DNA of 64,000 nucleotides from Chrysomallon squamiferum (lineage: Eukaryota; Animalia; Mollusca). Shown here piece after piece: positions 11,603 through 25,800 of this stretch; position 1 is the first letter of the stretch, and each line of letters begins with the position of its first letter. Under the pieces are notes generated by a model. It was not told the origin of the DNA and searched no databases. It saw only the letters and a program-made list of their open reading frames with translations. Where the stretch lies: NCBI GenBank assembly GCA_012295275.1, contig CM022670.1:42036001-42100000 (forward strand). Reading direction: 5' to 3'. The translations under genes were made by a program, and so were the position numbers.

Positions 11603-14600
11603 TCAAAACAAAAAAAAAGTATTTTATATATATATATATATTAAAGTTGGAAAGCACTTCCTGTTTAAGTAATAACTAAGTATAGATATACCTCAATAAA
11701 ACGATAAAAGTCTTTTTTCATTCTTTTTTCTTCAATATTATATAATGCAGTTCTCATTATAACAACTGTACTAAAGATAAAATTATTATACAAACAGCAT
11801 CATGGGAATGCATTATGCAACACATACAATCATTTCTTTTTCTTTCTGGACTATATCTTTCTTTATTGCTTGCACTGGTGCATGGATTAAGTCCAAATTA
11901 ATCTGCCGGGTCGAATTACTGATCGATGAAACAGGTACTAAAGGTGTGTATTAATCTTTGACAAGACTTTCCCAGTGCTGAGTATCTACACCATCATCTT
12001 GTGTTAGACCTCCACATTTCACTGACGTGGGTGACCTGCACACAACGTCTCTGAATACACAAGATATTAACCTGAGATTTGTGACTAGACAGTTAATATG
12101 GTCTGTACAATAGTTTTTAATATATAATAACGTATGTAAAGTGAATGAATAATACATAATTGTTAAATGTGTTAGTTGTGAATAGACAGTAACGTATGTT
12201 TCCTATTTTGTTCTCTTACTGGAATGTGAGGCAGTAAAAACAGACGTCAAATGCTGAAATAGTTTTATTGATACACAAGTATTTACAAAGTATACACATA
12301 AAAGTTATAATCACAGGAGTTTCTAGCCTTGCTCAGAAATCTTTACTATTGCATGATTCCCTGGGAAATGACGTCACATTGTCACATAATGCGAGGCACT
12401 GATTCTGTCTCACTTATTAGTCTTATAATAATCATAACAAACATAATCATAAATAAAAGAAATACTAATAATAATAATAAAAAAATAATTATAACAGTAA
12501 CAATAACAGTAGTAGTGGTAGCTGTTGTTGTAAGTTCGGTGTAATCAGACGTATTTTCTTTCTTGCAGTTACTAAGTGTACATTTGTAATGTAGTTAACT
12601 TTTACAATGTAAGCGATATAAAATAAAACGGAGAAGGAAACTTTGCTGTTATGACTGAAGGAGGTCGGTAACGTGTATGTTTAATAGAAATTACAGGTTT
12701 GACTGATTATAAATGTTAAAGGATTAATACATGTTATCAAGATCCATGTTAAAAGTTTTTGTGCGACGTACTTACGTAATAATCCGTGTCAGAAGATTTT
12801 CGGTGTAATGTTACATGACGACAAACTTTTTACGTAAATCATTACGTCATAATCAATATAATAATTATGTCGTGTTCAACGAGCATTCCTAACATTTATC
12901 ACGTGAAACCACAAAAAAATATATATATATATATAAAAAAATAAAATAAAATAAAATAATAAAAGCATTTTAAAAATAATAATAGACGGTGAATATGGGA
13001 CATAAAACGTGATTACACTAAGTTTTTAAATTTTATATAGATGTATAAAACTAAAATATCGAATTTTACAGAAACCAAATCTTTCAATCTCCTAAATATT
13101 CTTAAATTATATATGTATATATTAATCAGTTTTCTTGCAGCATTTTGCATTTATATATAATTTAAAATGCTAAGACATTTTAAGTAAAACTAATGATACA
13201 GTATGCCTAATTACAAAAAGCCGACTAGGAATATAGCAGACACACAGTACTTGCAGATTTGATCCCTATGCCACTGTGACTTACCAAACCCTGTATTTAC
13301 ATAGCTACTTTTACATACTCTTAAACAATCTACTGAATACAAATAATCAGTTCTGTATTTTCTTACAATACTTTTACATAAATTGGTATACAGTAGTTAA
13401 AGTGTACATGGTCTAATAAAATTATTTAAACTTTATAGTTATTTTATCCTTGTGGGAAATACAGTATTCCAATAAAATCTGAGATTATCGATTTGCCTTG
13501 TAGTTCTTGATACCAGGATTAGTGGTGATTTCAGACTGTACTCTTTTGTTATTTATAAAGACTGGACAATAAAAAAAAAAAATAAAACCAAACTGTGAAG
13601 TATACAGAATATATTTAGTCTGTTTCTAAATCTCTCTACACATGTGCTTTATTATTTATGTTATATTGTTTTGTTATGTTATGCTACATTATTTATTTAA
13701 TTATTATTTTTAGAATATATTTAAATAAGTTGTTGTTTATTTTAAATCATAAACAAATTTGATGTTTTCTTAAAGGACACATTTAAACTAGATTCTAGTG
13801 TCATGAGAGTTACTGATAATTCATTTAACAAAACGTTTGAGAAAGCAGATAAACCAGTGTAAGATATTGAATTTTAACCATTGACAAAATGATAATAAAA
13901 AAAATAATAATAATAATGACCAAAAAAAAAAAATAACCATTGAAATAATGAAACAAATAAAAAGAAAATGAAAATAAATATTCATGATGATAACATCATT
14001 ACTAATTATAAATTAAATTGTTAAATATATTTCTATTAAAATAAATGGAATATGACAAAAAGTTATTTACAATACAATACACAAAACAGTGTGTTGTACA
14101 ATGTTTTTACAGTGACTTACACAGTCAGTGATTTAAAGAAATAAAAATACAGATTTATCAAAAACACCTAAACCTGCATGACATCTGTAAATTAAATAAA
14201 ATTTTCAGCAAAAAATCAGAATGACTATTCTGGCTACATGGATTATTTAAAAAAAATAAAAATAAAAAAGTAAATAAAAAAAATAAAAAAGATAAATAAT
14301 AAATAAATTAATTAATTAAAATCTTTGAATGGCTAATGTTACTGTTGTATTATATCATATTTTAAATATAAATATTTTCATATATTTAATGTCTGAATAA
14401 TATCAAGATATTAAAAATAAATGTTTTATATGACATATAATAAACATTTTCAACATGACATTGATTATTTATCCATATGTTCAACATGACAGAAATTAAA
14501 TAGCATCCACACTTTAACATGCTCAGTATGACATATAACTGAATAATATCCATACTTCAACATAATATATTTTGAATAATATCCAGACATTAACATGTTC

Positions 14601-15235
14601 AACATGACTTATATTGATTGGTATCCACATCAATATGTTCAACATGACAAATATTGAATAGTATCCACATATTAATTAATATGAAGACACTAAGTCAGTA
14701 ATATCCAGATATTACTAATTATGTGTCAAGTAACTTTAAATTGAAAAATAAAAATAAATATTCATGCAAATGTTTTCTGTTAAACCTTATTTTTCTATTT
14801 ATGTGGTGGAAAATATCTTATTTTAAATCTTCTTCTTATTAATGACTTTATTTTATTATTATTTTTATTTGTTAGTTTTTGTTTTATTCTTCTTATAATA
14901 TATTTTCATTTTTCATTTAAAGAAACACTGAAGAGATGAATCATACAGAGAATGATGACTTATCTTTTAACATGCATGTTTTGAATTACAAATCATTTCT
15001 ACATGAATATTTCAACAGTTTAATAACTTGAATATTAAAACAAATGTCACAGGTTCTTTGATAAATAATTCTGCTTTTAAACAGGAAAATAAATATATAT
15101 TTACATAATTACATTTATACACGTTGCAACTCGCTATAAAAATTACTCTATCAGTGAATACAAAATGTGTGTGTGTGTTTTTTTAAAAGATGAGTATTTA
15201 ATTTTGGTCTGGTAAATTATTAATTTCTAGTTTTG

Positions 15236-15282
<47 letters not shown>

Positions 15283-18200
15283 CATAAATATATATATAAT
15301 ATGTATGCATGAAAAGAAGTAACAAGCTGAATAATAAATAAAATAATTTTAAAAATCACTTAAATTAATAACACACCTACAAATAAAATATCATATATAT
15401 GCTGTGACTATCATCATATATAATTCTTTGACAACAAGACAAGAATTAAATAAAAGAATGTTGGTATGTATTAATGAACTCTTTGTTAATGGTGTAATTG
15501 TTTTAACATGCACACCAGTATGAGTGAAATGTTATACAGTATTTGTATAACATGTAGATAATTTGTAATATAATTCTATAGTATATTCTAAATATAATTC
15601 TGTGATAACTATCTTTATAAGGTTATATATTATGTCCACATTTAAAGTACTATGTAATAGTTTAAGCAAATTACTAGAAAGATTGTATAACAGTTTTATC
15701 AAACAAGTTGAAAAATACATTTCAGTGTTAAAACAGATTTAAGTAGATCATTTTAATAGATAATAAATTGAACTAGTTTAGTTGTGAGGGTGAAGAGAAA
15801 GGTTTTAAAAAAGAGGAAGTTTGATGTTATCACAGTTAACAGAGTGGGTTCTGTCTTGGTGGATAATGAAGTAAGAAATATTGCTGACTACATCACGATG
15901 TTTCATCTGAAATAAAGTTTAAACATTCTGTTAAAAATCATTTAAGTGATGTTAGTGTTAAACATGCTTTTGTAATATTATATTTAACCTCATTTTTAAC
16001 TCTTTTTTCCCCCTTTTTCTTTTTTAAACAAAAACTGAATAATTTTCCAGAATATCAGTTTGATGAACTTTTTTCATCCAAAGAAAAAGATTTAAAATTT
16101 ATAAATAGTAATAATACATAAATAAATAAAAAATTAAAAAATATGTAAATAATAACTAAAAGAAAAAAAAGATTTTGCAACATATAATAATTTCACTGAA
16201 AATTAATGTTACATTACAGAACAGTTTTGAAAAGAATTTGAATTTCACATTTCATGAGGATAATAATTGGAATAATCTAAATCTGTATTTTTTATTAAAT
16301 TAAGTAGAAACCTGGTGTGTATGTAAAGAACAGTAATGAGTAATGAATCTATAATAATAATAATTATATCGTCTTTAATTCTGGTCTGTTATTACATTCA
16401 ACTTTATCAGTGGAATACTTATTTTTAAACGCTTGTGACTTAATTATGAACCGTTTTGATTTAGAAAAAAAATTCTGAAGTTCAAACATACCTCATATTT
16501 ATTTTTGTTGTAATTGATGTAGCCCATTTAAAATTACTGAGAGCTGTACCAAATTATTTTATATTTTATAAATTAACAAGCACAAGTGTGATGTTAAGAA
16601 ACATAAGAAAATCATAAGAAAATCTAGTCAGAATAAACTTCTTTCTTAACAATTTAAAAACTGCAGAATTAAAAGTTGAGTATGGTGATTTAACAATATA
16701 ATATTTTCTGTTATTTTGTTTGAGATAAAACACAATGGTAAATAACAATGTCTACATACCAGTGTAGGCAGTAATTGACACAAAACTGAAAAACAAAGTG
16801 GAAGGTTTTATTGAAAACACTAAATTTATTCTTAGTAATAAAAACAGAAATTTATGTTAATACAGCATTATGGTCATTTATCATCACAGCTATTTTGTTA
16901 TTAACAATGTATTTGTATGACTCAGGTGACATATACCAGCCACTGCAGAGATGCTGAGGGGGTGACTTCCCAGATTTTTTAAATGGCTGGAGTGTAATTT
17001 AGACATTTATTTAAACAATTATGATGTAGTGAGTCTAAGTCATTCAGATAAAAAAAAGAAAAAAAAAAAATCTATATATTTATCTTTATAAATGTTTTAT
17101 AATAAGAATGTATGACAAATAAATTTCAATTATAAATTATAAAATGGTTTTACTGTGATAAAATGTAATTTTACCATCAACTAAATGCTAGTGTCTACCA
17201 ATGGTGTTATGGAATTTAAAATTAAAAAAAAAAAAATGTTTATTATTCTTTGCTAAAGAAAGCAATAAATAAATAAATAAATAAAAAGTTATATAATTAC
17301 AGAGAGTTGTATAAAAAAATGTTCCAGCACCAACAAGAAAATTACATAAACTATGTCTATGACAGAGAACACAAGGATGTTTAATTTTTAATTTACAATC
17401 TCAACTAGTGTAACTTGCTCTAAACTAAAATGTTTCTAAGAAAACAATGTACAGATTTTTAGTAAAATACAAAAGTGAAGAAAACAGATATAAAATACAT
17501 GATGAAGTGAACAGAGATGGGCAATCATTCTAAACATTGGGGTCACTGAAACCCTGGAAACAATGAAGTAATGCAATAAACAAACAAATGAATGCAATTT
17601 TCATTAAGAAACTTAATTAAAAATAGAACAAACATGATCTCAGTAAACTGTGAGATAACAACCAACTTTTTTAGAAGACAGTTTAACTGCTATCAGAGTA
17701 GACAGTAGCCATTGTGAGGCAATACTAATGTTAAAACATGCACGTATCTATACACCCTGCAGTTTTAGTTACCAAGTAATTTCTAAAAATCCCAAACCAG
17801 TTTAAATGTTCCATAGACATCATTAGAAAATTGATTTACATATTAGATACATCCTAGAGTCAGGTGTATATAAGATTATAATAACATGCACATACATACA
17901 TACATACATACATACATAAAAATACATATAAAATATGTAAATGATATTATAAGTTCTTATTTATATTTTGTTCTTTACTTAATTTTTGTTTCATTTAAAA
18001 CAACTAATTTCGTAATTAACTTAACTCACACAAACACAATAATAAAAATAAAATGATTTAAAAAAACAATAAAATAAAATAAAATACAATACAATAAAAT
18101 AATTATTTTAGGAAACACTTTTTTTATTTAGAATGTTTGTTTTACGTCAATTTACAAACCTGTCTTTTAAAGAAAGTAAGCCCCTTGATTTAAAGAAAAG

Positions 18201-18832
18201 AGAAATTACATTTTCAAGTTGAGGTAAAAGAAATACTCCTGTATGAAAGACTTTGTTCTTGATAAATAAACAGATGTTAACTTCCTACAGATTAACATAA
18301 CATGAGTACACTGCAACAAGTCATACATGTCTTTAAAAAATATCCATGCACACTTCATACATTAAAAAATGTTATATATATATATACATGTTTTATTTTT
18401 ATTTATCTATTTATTTTAAAGTGTATAGGCATTTTCTAGGATTCCACTTAATTTCAGATTAGAACAACAAATACTATCTGAGTACTGTTTTCACTTCAAC
18501 AATCAAAATAAAGAATATTTACAGAAGTTTTGTTTTCTAGGAAAATAGACAAAGGTGGCAATAGTTTGACCACGGTTTGTAGGACGGTAAAAAGTTTCAT
18601 CTAAGAAGAGTTGCGATAAAATTCTCAAAGACTGCATGCATGAGTGAGTAGCACCATTCCATAACAACTGTGACCAGTCATCCATGACCACACATCAGGA
18701 GCCCATACTACTACTATTATTCAGTGAAATGCTGGAAAAAGTAAAACACACATTTTATATCTTCTCAAACCTTTCACAATTACTTTTTTGTCAAAATTTA
18801 TCAACTGAAAAAATAAAAATATCTGGGTGAAA

Positions 18833-19223
18833 GGGTCATTCCACGTCAAATCACCCAGTAAAAACAGAAAGTTGTAACCAGACTGATTCACATTTTGATG
18901 TGTTGGTCTCAAATGCCAAGATAACAAATATTACTTCATAAGACAAATATTTCTGGAAATAAGGCCATTCAAAATTTGACATTTTTTTTTGTCAAAAGTG
19001 CTTGGCCATCAATATTTAGTAACCAGGGGTTTTGCTGGAAACAGAAATTTGTAGAGAATTTAAATCTTCAATTATTTTTAACATCATCTCAATCTTTTGA
19101 CCTTTTGTATGACCCTGAATTTGACTTTGAACTGACTCTCAGTTGAAATTATAACCCAGGCTGTTAGTAACAAGATAATAAAGTTGGTTTACAATCACTG
19201 GGTGAGCTGACAAAAAATGACCC
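18833..19223. mobile_element. Non-autonomous TIR DNA transposon (MITE-like, about 390 bp), superfamily undetermined
   Basis: Left end GGGTCATTccacGTCAaaTCACCCAGT; reverse complement of right end GGGTCATTttttGTCAgcTCACCCAGT. No clear target-site duplication. Confidence 0.6.
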
Positions 19224-19486
19224 ATGAGCTAAATTAATTTGACAACTGTTATTATTTTAATTAAAACCTACAGAAGTCTAAGCTATAGTGATCATAATGA
19301 TAGATCTTAAATACATACAGTAATTTAAAAATTAAGAACAATTTTTAGAGAATTATTATTTTGGAATATATTATTATATAATTTTGTATAAACAAAGCTG
19401 AAAACGCAATTTTTCCGTTTGGATGAAAACAATTAACAAAAGTTAAAAAAAAGATAATAAAACAAAAATAAATAAATAAAAATTGG

Positions 19487-19519
<33 letters not shown>

Positions 19520-19808
19520 CTTAAATTAAAAAATAAAATAAAATACATTTTTATTTATTTATTTATTATTTAGTGCAGTTATGTTTCTGTCACCAAATAC
19601 AAAAACAAGTCAGTTACCAATGAACTGCAGTTAACAATGTCCATTTCATGCAATGTATAAAACATGCAGAGAAACAACAACAACTACAACAACAGTAAAA
19701 AAGATGAAGTCAACTTGATTGTTACGTGAAGAAACTACAATGATTTGTTAAAACAGTATCACTATGAAAAGAAGCTGTTTAATTCTGTTAGTGTGTTAGC
19801 AGTTTGTC

Positions 19809-22800
19809 TTACTTGGTGTTGTTTGGGTTGAGGGTCACTTGTGGGTGACCAGGCCGGGTGTGGACAGGCGGGGGACGAGTGTGCACCTGACGCTGACGAG
19901 CAAGAAATGACTGACCAGTTGACCCCTTCTTTATGAGTCTCTCCTCAGCTGCTTGTCTGTGAACTTTCATACCCTACAGTCACATAAAACATTAACAACA
20001 GATAACACCTTTTAATAAAACTAAATCAATAACATAAATATAAATAAATGTAAATGTTGTATATGTTTTACTGATTGTCTACATAAATAGGTATATCTTT
20101 TTAAATTATTCAAAAAAAGAAGAAAAAAAGAGAAAGGAATTAAAAACAAAAGCAGTGAAAACATCAGTGGTTAATGTAATATGTATGTGAGTGTAATTAT
20201 TTATTCATTTACAGATGAACAAAGGGAGATAATGCTTTGTCAAGTAAATGGAAATTTATCGTATTTTTAATACCTGAATTTTTCGATAATGTTTATTATG
20301 ACAGGACACTGATATGTTTTATCATAGTTTTATCACAGAGGTACATCTACTCACCAATTTATACCACATTTGTATCACACATGCTCAACTACTCACCAAT
20401 TTACACCACATTTGTATCACCCATGTACAACGTGACACCAATTTATATCACATTTGTATCACACATGCACACATGCACACATGCTCACCAATTTACACCA
20501 GATTTTTATTACACATGTACAACTACTCACCAAGTTAAACCAGGCTGCTACCATACATTTTTCTTCTTGGTCTCGAATTGCCTTGGCTTTGTCATGGTCT
20601 CTCTGAAACAATTAATATTCATTTATCTGTGGATTCAAGTCTTCAAACTGTTGACATAGTCATTATTAATAAATGTTTAACAGAACAATTGTTTTTCCTG
20701 TACGATCTTTTTTGTTTCTGTATTTTGTCTTCATGTTTATCAAATGATGGGTTACAATATGTAATAACAATAATAAAACAGCTCAACATCACTTACAGGA
20801 TTTGTTTTGAAACTCTGACTGTTTAAAGGGTTCTGGCAACACACATATACACACAAACACACAATAACACATGTGTGCTGGAAATGTTCTAATCACCTGT
20901 AGATGCTCTATTAAGTTATCTTTCTCTATCAACTGCTTTCTCAACACTTCCACCTCAGACACATTGCCCTGACTGTTCTGTAGTCCAAGTATCACCTGAA
21001 ATTAAACACAGAAACAAACTGAAAATACTTTACACTAAAAACACATTATAAACACTTTACACTAACTAAACACACAGTATAAACACTTTACATTAAACAC
21101 ACAGTATAAACACTGTACACTAAACACAAAGAATAAACACTGTACACTAACTAAACACACATTATATAAACTTTACACTAATTAAACACACAGTATAAAC
21201 ACTGAATACTAAACAGTGTAAACACTTTACACTAAACACAGTATAAACACTTTACACTAAACACAGTATAAACACTTTACACTAAATACAGTATAAACAC
21301 TTTACACTAAATACAGTATAAACACTTTACACTAAACACAGTATAAACACTTTGCACTAAATACAGTATAAACACTTTATACTAAACACACAGTATAAAC
21401 ACTTTACACTAAACACACAGTAAAACACTGTACACTAAACACACAGTATAAACACTACACTAAACACACAGTATAAACACTTTAATTACAAACACAGGTA
21501 GCATTACACCTGTTAAAACTTGTTATTTTCAGTGAGTAATTTTCAACATTCTTCTGAAAAATACCCCTCAAATAGATTTTTTCTAGATATATCATCAACA
21601 AACAACCCCCTCTTGTAAAATAAAAATGTCCTTATTAATCTCTTTGGGAATTACTTTTTATATTTTTTGTGTATTTTTACAATAATTTAATTATATAACA
21701 ATGCCTTTCTTTCTGTTTTTAATTTCTTACTAGTTTGGAGTTTTCATCATAAGAAAGTAGAGAAACTGTATTTTAAAAGATGTTCTGCTGTAACATATTG
21801 ATTTAAACATGTTTAGAGTACATGAAATCATAGCAGAGATTTAAAAAGATATATATGTATATATATTATATACACAATAAAACTTTTAAAATAGAGAAAT
21901 TAAGTCACATACTCTATCAGGATAATTAAAAGATAATGATATCGTTCTTGTCTGGCCTTGTAATAGTACAGTCATAGCTAAAACCAGAATGTTTATAAGA
22001 TGTACTCTACGACATGCTCTATCAGTGATAATTAGAATATGTACTCTATCTGTCTGGCCTTGTCCCTCACTATAGAACATTTACATCACATACTTTATCA
22101 GAGATAATTAAAATATGTACTCTATCTGTCTGGCCTTGTCACTCACTATAGAACATTTACATCACATAATTTATCAGAGATAATAAAAATATGTACTCTA
22201 CCTGTCTGGCCTTGTCACAATACTTCTTGTACTTTTCCTCCATGATGAGCATCTCCTCATCTTTCTTTCTCAGCTGACTATTGAGCTGCTCACACAGAGA
22301 TGAGTCGGAACTTGTCTGTCTCTCTAGCTCCTCTATCTGCTGTCTCTGCGTCTCAATCACTCTGTCTCTCTCAGACACTTTGCTCACCAGTTCTCGAATC
22401 TTTGAGTGCAGTTCGGAGACTTGGGTGTCTGACATTGATGAAAGTTTGCTGTTGTGTAAATCCTCTATCTGAGCCTCCAGCTCTAAAATTCTTTGATTTC
22501 CTATCCTGTAACACAAAGTCAAAAAACGTCTGTCAGTCCTACCACCTGATAACACTAATGATACGCAAACAGAACTTTTTTCATCCTCATCTTTGTCAAA
22601 TGCTCTAATAAAACTTTAAAAACATACAAAAACAGTTGTGCTAACTTGTATTAAGTTTTCTTCAGTAGTAATTATTTTGTGTACATACCTCACTTCTGTT
22701 TCTAGTTCATTCTTTCTGCCAGTTGCATCATCCAGCAGTGACTGCAACCCCTCATAATGTTTGTCATGATCCCCTGACATACCCATCTTCAACATCTTGT

Positions 22801-25800
22801 TCTCATGTTCCAGTTTTAGCAGCTTCTCCCTTTAAATACACACACTTCTATATTTATCTCAATGTAGCAATACTCATGTTTCTATTACAAAATATATACA
22901 ACTTGCTTATTTAAATACACATTTCTATATTTATCTCAATGTAGCAATACTCATTTTTCTGTTACAAAATATATACAACTTGCTTATTTAAATACACACT
23001 TCTATATTTATCTCTATGTAGTAATGTGTTTCTATTACAAAATATATACAACTTGCTTGTTTAAATACACATGTCTATATTTATCTCATTGTAGTAAAAC
23101 ATTTCTATTACAAAATATATACAACTTGCTAATTTAAATACACACTTCTCTATTTATCTCAGTACAGTATACATTTCTATTACAAAATATATACAACTTG
23201 CTTGTTTAAATACACACTTCTAATTTACTCAAACAAAATGTAAGATTGTAGTTACTTTAGGGAAATGTCTGAGACACGTAAAAGATCAATTTCAATGCAG
23301 TTGGGAGCCAATGAGAAAAACAAAATTAGACAACACTATTTTCTCATGTTACAACAGAGAAATATTGATGAAAGAAAAAAGCAAAGAAATATTTTATGAT
23401 ACAAAAATGTTCATTTATTGCTTACAATTTAATAATTATTAGAAACTAATAATACTACTAATAAATAAATAAACAGAAAAAAAATGACAAAATGTCTTTG
23501 TTATAACATGCACATATATTTTAACTGTTTGCCTGCAAAATTTGAGTTATGGAGTTATGGAGACGCAGATTTTAATCTGAGACAGTGAAATCAACCCAAT
23601 GTGGGCCCTTAAGAGTTTGATACCTTTCTTGAAGCTTTATATCTCTTTTCTAATTTATAACTGATACTTGTTATAATTTCAGCCAAATCTGCTAAGAATA
23701 TATATATATATAAAAAAAAAATAATAATAATAATTTCACCACCATGTATTCCCTTAAGTTAAATACAATAGCATACATAACATGGTTGTTTGCATATAAA
23801 ATCTATATAACTGTTATTTATATACAAAATCCATACAATATGGTTATTTAAATACAAAATTCATACAATTCGGTTATTTAAATACAAAATTTATACAATT
23901 TGGTTAATTAAATATAAAATCTATATAACCTGGTTATTTAAATACAAAATTTATACAACTTGGTTATTTGAATATGAAATTTATAGTAATGTGGTTTTTT
24001 ATTTTTTAAATCTATAGGTTATTTAAATATGAAATATTAATGTAAATAACATGCATTTAAATCAAAGATCTACATAACTGGTCACCACAAAATGAATTTG
24101 TTTTAATTATGTGACAACTATGACTACTTTCTATCTCCAATACAAAAACTGACAAAGAAATAAAATTCTGATATTTATCTTAAACATGTTTAAATCAACA
24201 CAAACTCACCTCAGTTCTGGAGGTGCTGTTAGCATATCTTTGACACCCAAGCTGCCGATGTCACCAGCACCAACACCAATACCAGGCACGTGTTGAAGTT
24301 GTGTACACTTGAGTTCCTCGTTCATCTCTACCAGTGAATCTCTCTCAGCCCCAATTCTCTGTTTATAATGTGATGTGTCAGTAAAACATACAACTATATG
24401 TTTATAATGTAATATATCAGTAAAACATACAACTATGTGTTTATAATGTAATATATCAGTAAAACATACAACAATGTGTTTATAATGTAATGTATCTGTA
24501 AAACAACAACTATGTGTTTATAATGTAATGTATCAGTAAAACATACAACTATGTGTTTATAATGTAATGTATCTGTAAAACATACAACAATGTGTTTATA
24601 ATGTAATGTATCTGTAAAACATACAACTATGTGTTTATAATGTAATATATCAGTAAAACATACAACAATGTGTTTATAATGTAATGTATCTGTAAAACAT
24701 ACAACTATGTGTTTATAATGTAATATATCAGTAAAACATACAACTATGTGTTTATAATGTAATGTATCTATAAAACAACAACTATGTGTTTATAATGTAA
24801 TATATCGGTAAAAAACACAAATAACTATTTTTAAAATAATGTAATTTATCACATACTGAGATATTTTCTACTCTGAATATAGAAAACAGAAAAAAAAATT
24901 GCATTCCTTTCTTTCACACTCTAACCTCTTTCTCTCTAAGCAAGGCACCCATTTTCTCCTGTCCTCTCTTCAGCTCAAACTCTGCTTTGTCAGCTCGCTT
25001 TATCTCATCAGCCACTTTGTTCTGTAACTCGTGAGTCTGGATCTTGTAAACCTCCAGCTGCTGTTTTAGTGAAGACACTTTACGAGCTTCCTGAAAACAC
25101 AAACACTTGTCTGATAGGTACACACACAGAAATGTATAGATATATCTCTAAGCACACACACATTCAGCCAGACAGATGTTATCATTAGGTCAGGTTATTT
25201 TCCATCGTAACAACTGATCTTCATTTTCGTATATATGAGAAGTAACTACTTCAATATTTCTTAATGCTAAATTATGAAAGTAGTTTATGAAATGACAACA
25301 GTGACATCCTCTGTGTAACCTATCATCATTAGACAATACTCTGACAACTTTGAATAATTGTTAAACGATTCTAAAAATGTTACCTCTTGAAGCTCTATAG
25401 TTTCTTGCATATATTTTGTATTTTTTTCTTCAAGTAATTTCATCTGAGCTCGTAAAACACTCATATCCTCTGTAAATAAACAAACACATTTTATACAGTT
25501 TTGGTCAAAACATTTTCTCTGAATAGTGTAATATTTATGAAAATGCTGAAATATTTTTTATTCAATGTATATCCAAACATTTCCCCCAAATATCCAATAA
25601 TTTTAATGAATATTTTTAAATATCAACCTAATGAAATATCTTTGACGTGTGAAAAATGTTGTTCTTTATTAATATTATTAAAGACAAAGTAGCCAATGCT
25701 TTAACCTAACCCCACCTCTGAAAACAGTTTTTGATGTTTACCTAATTTCTTCTTGTACGACTCAATCACAGATTCATATTTAGCCTGAAATAATTAAACA

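Noticed and set aside
23255-23760. Possible TTAA-flanked transposon ends (tttagggaaat ... attcccttaag)
   Set aside because: The inverted match is too short to distinguish from chance.
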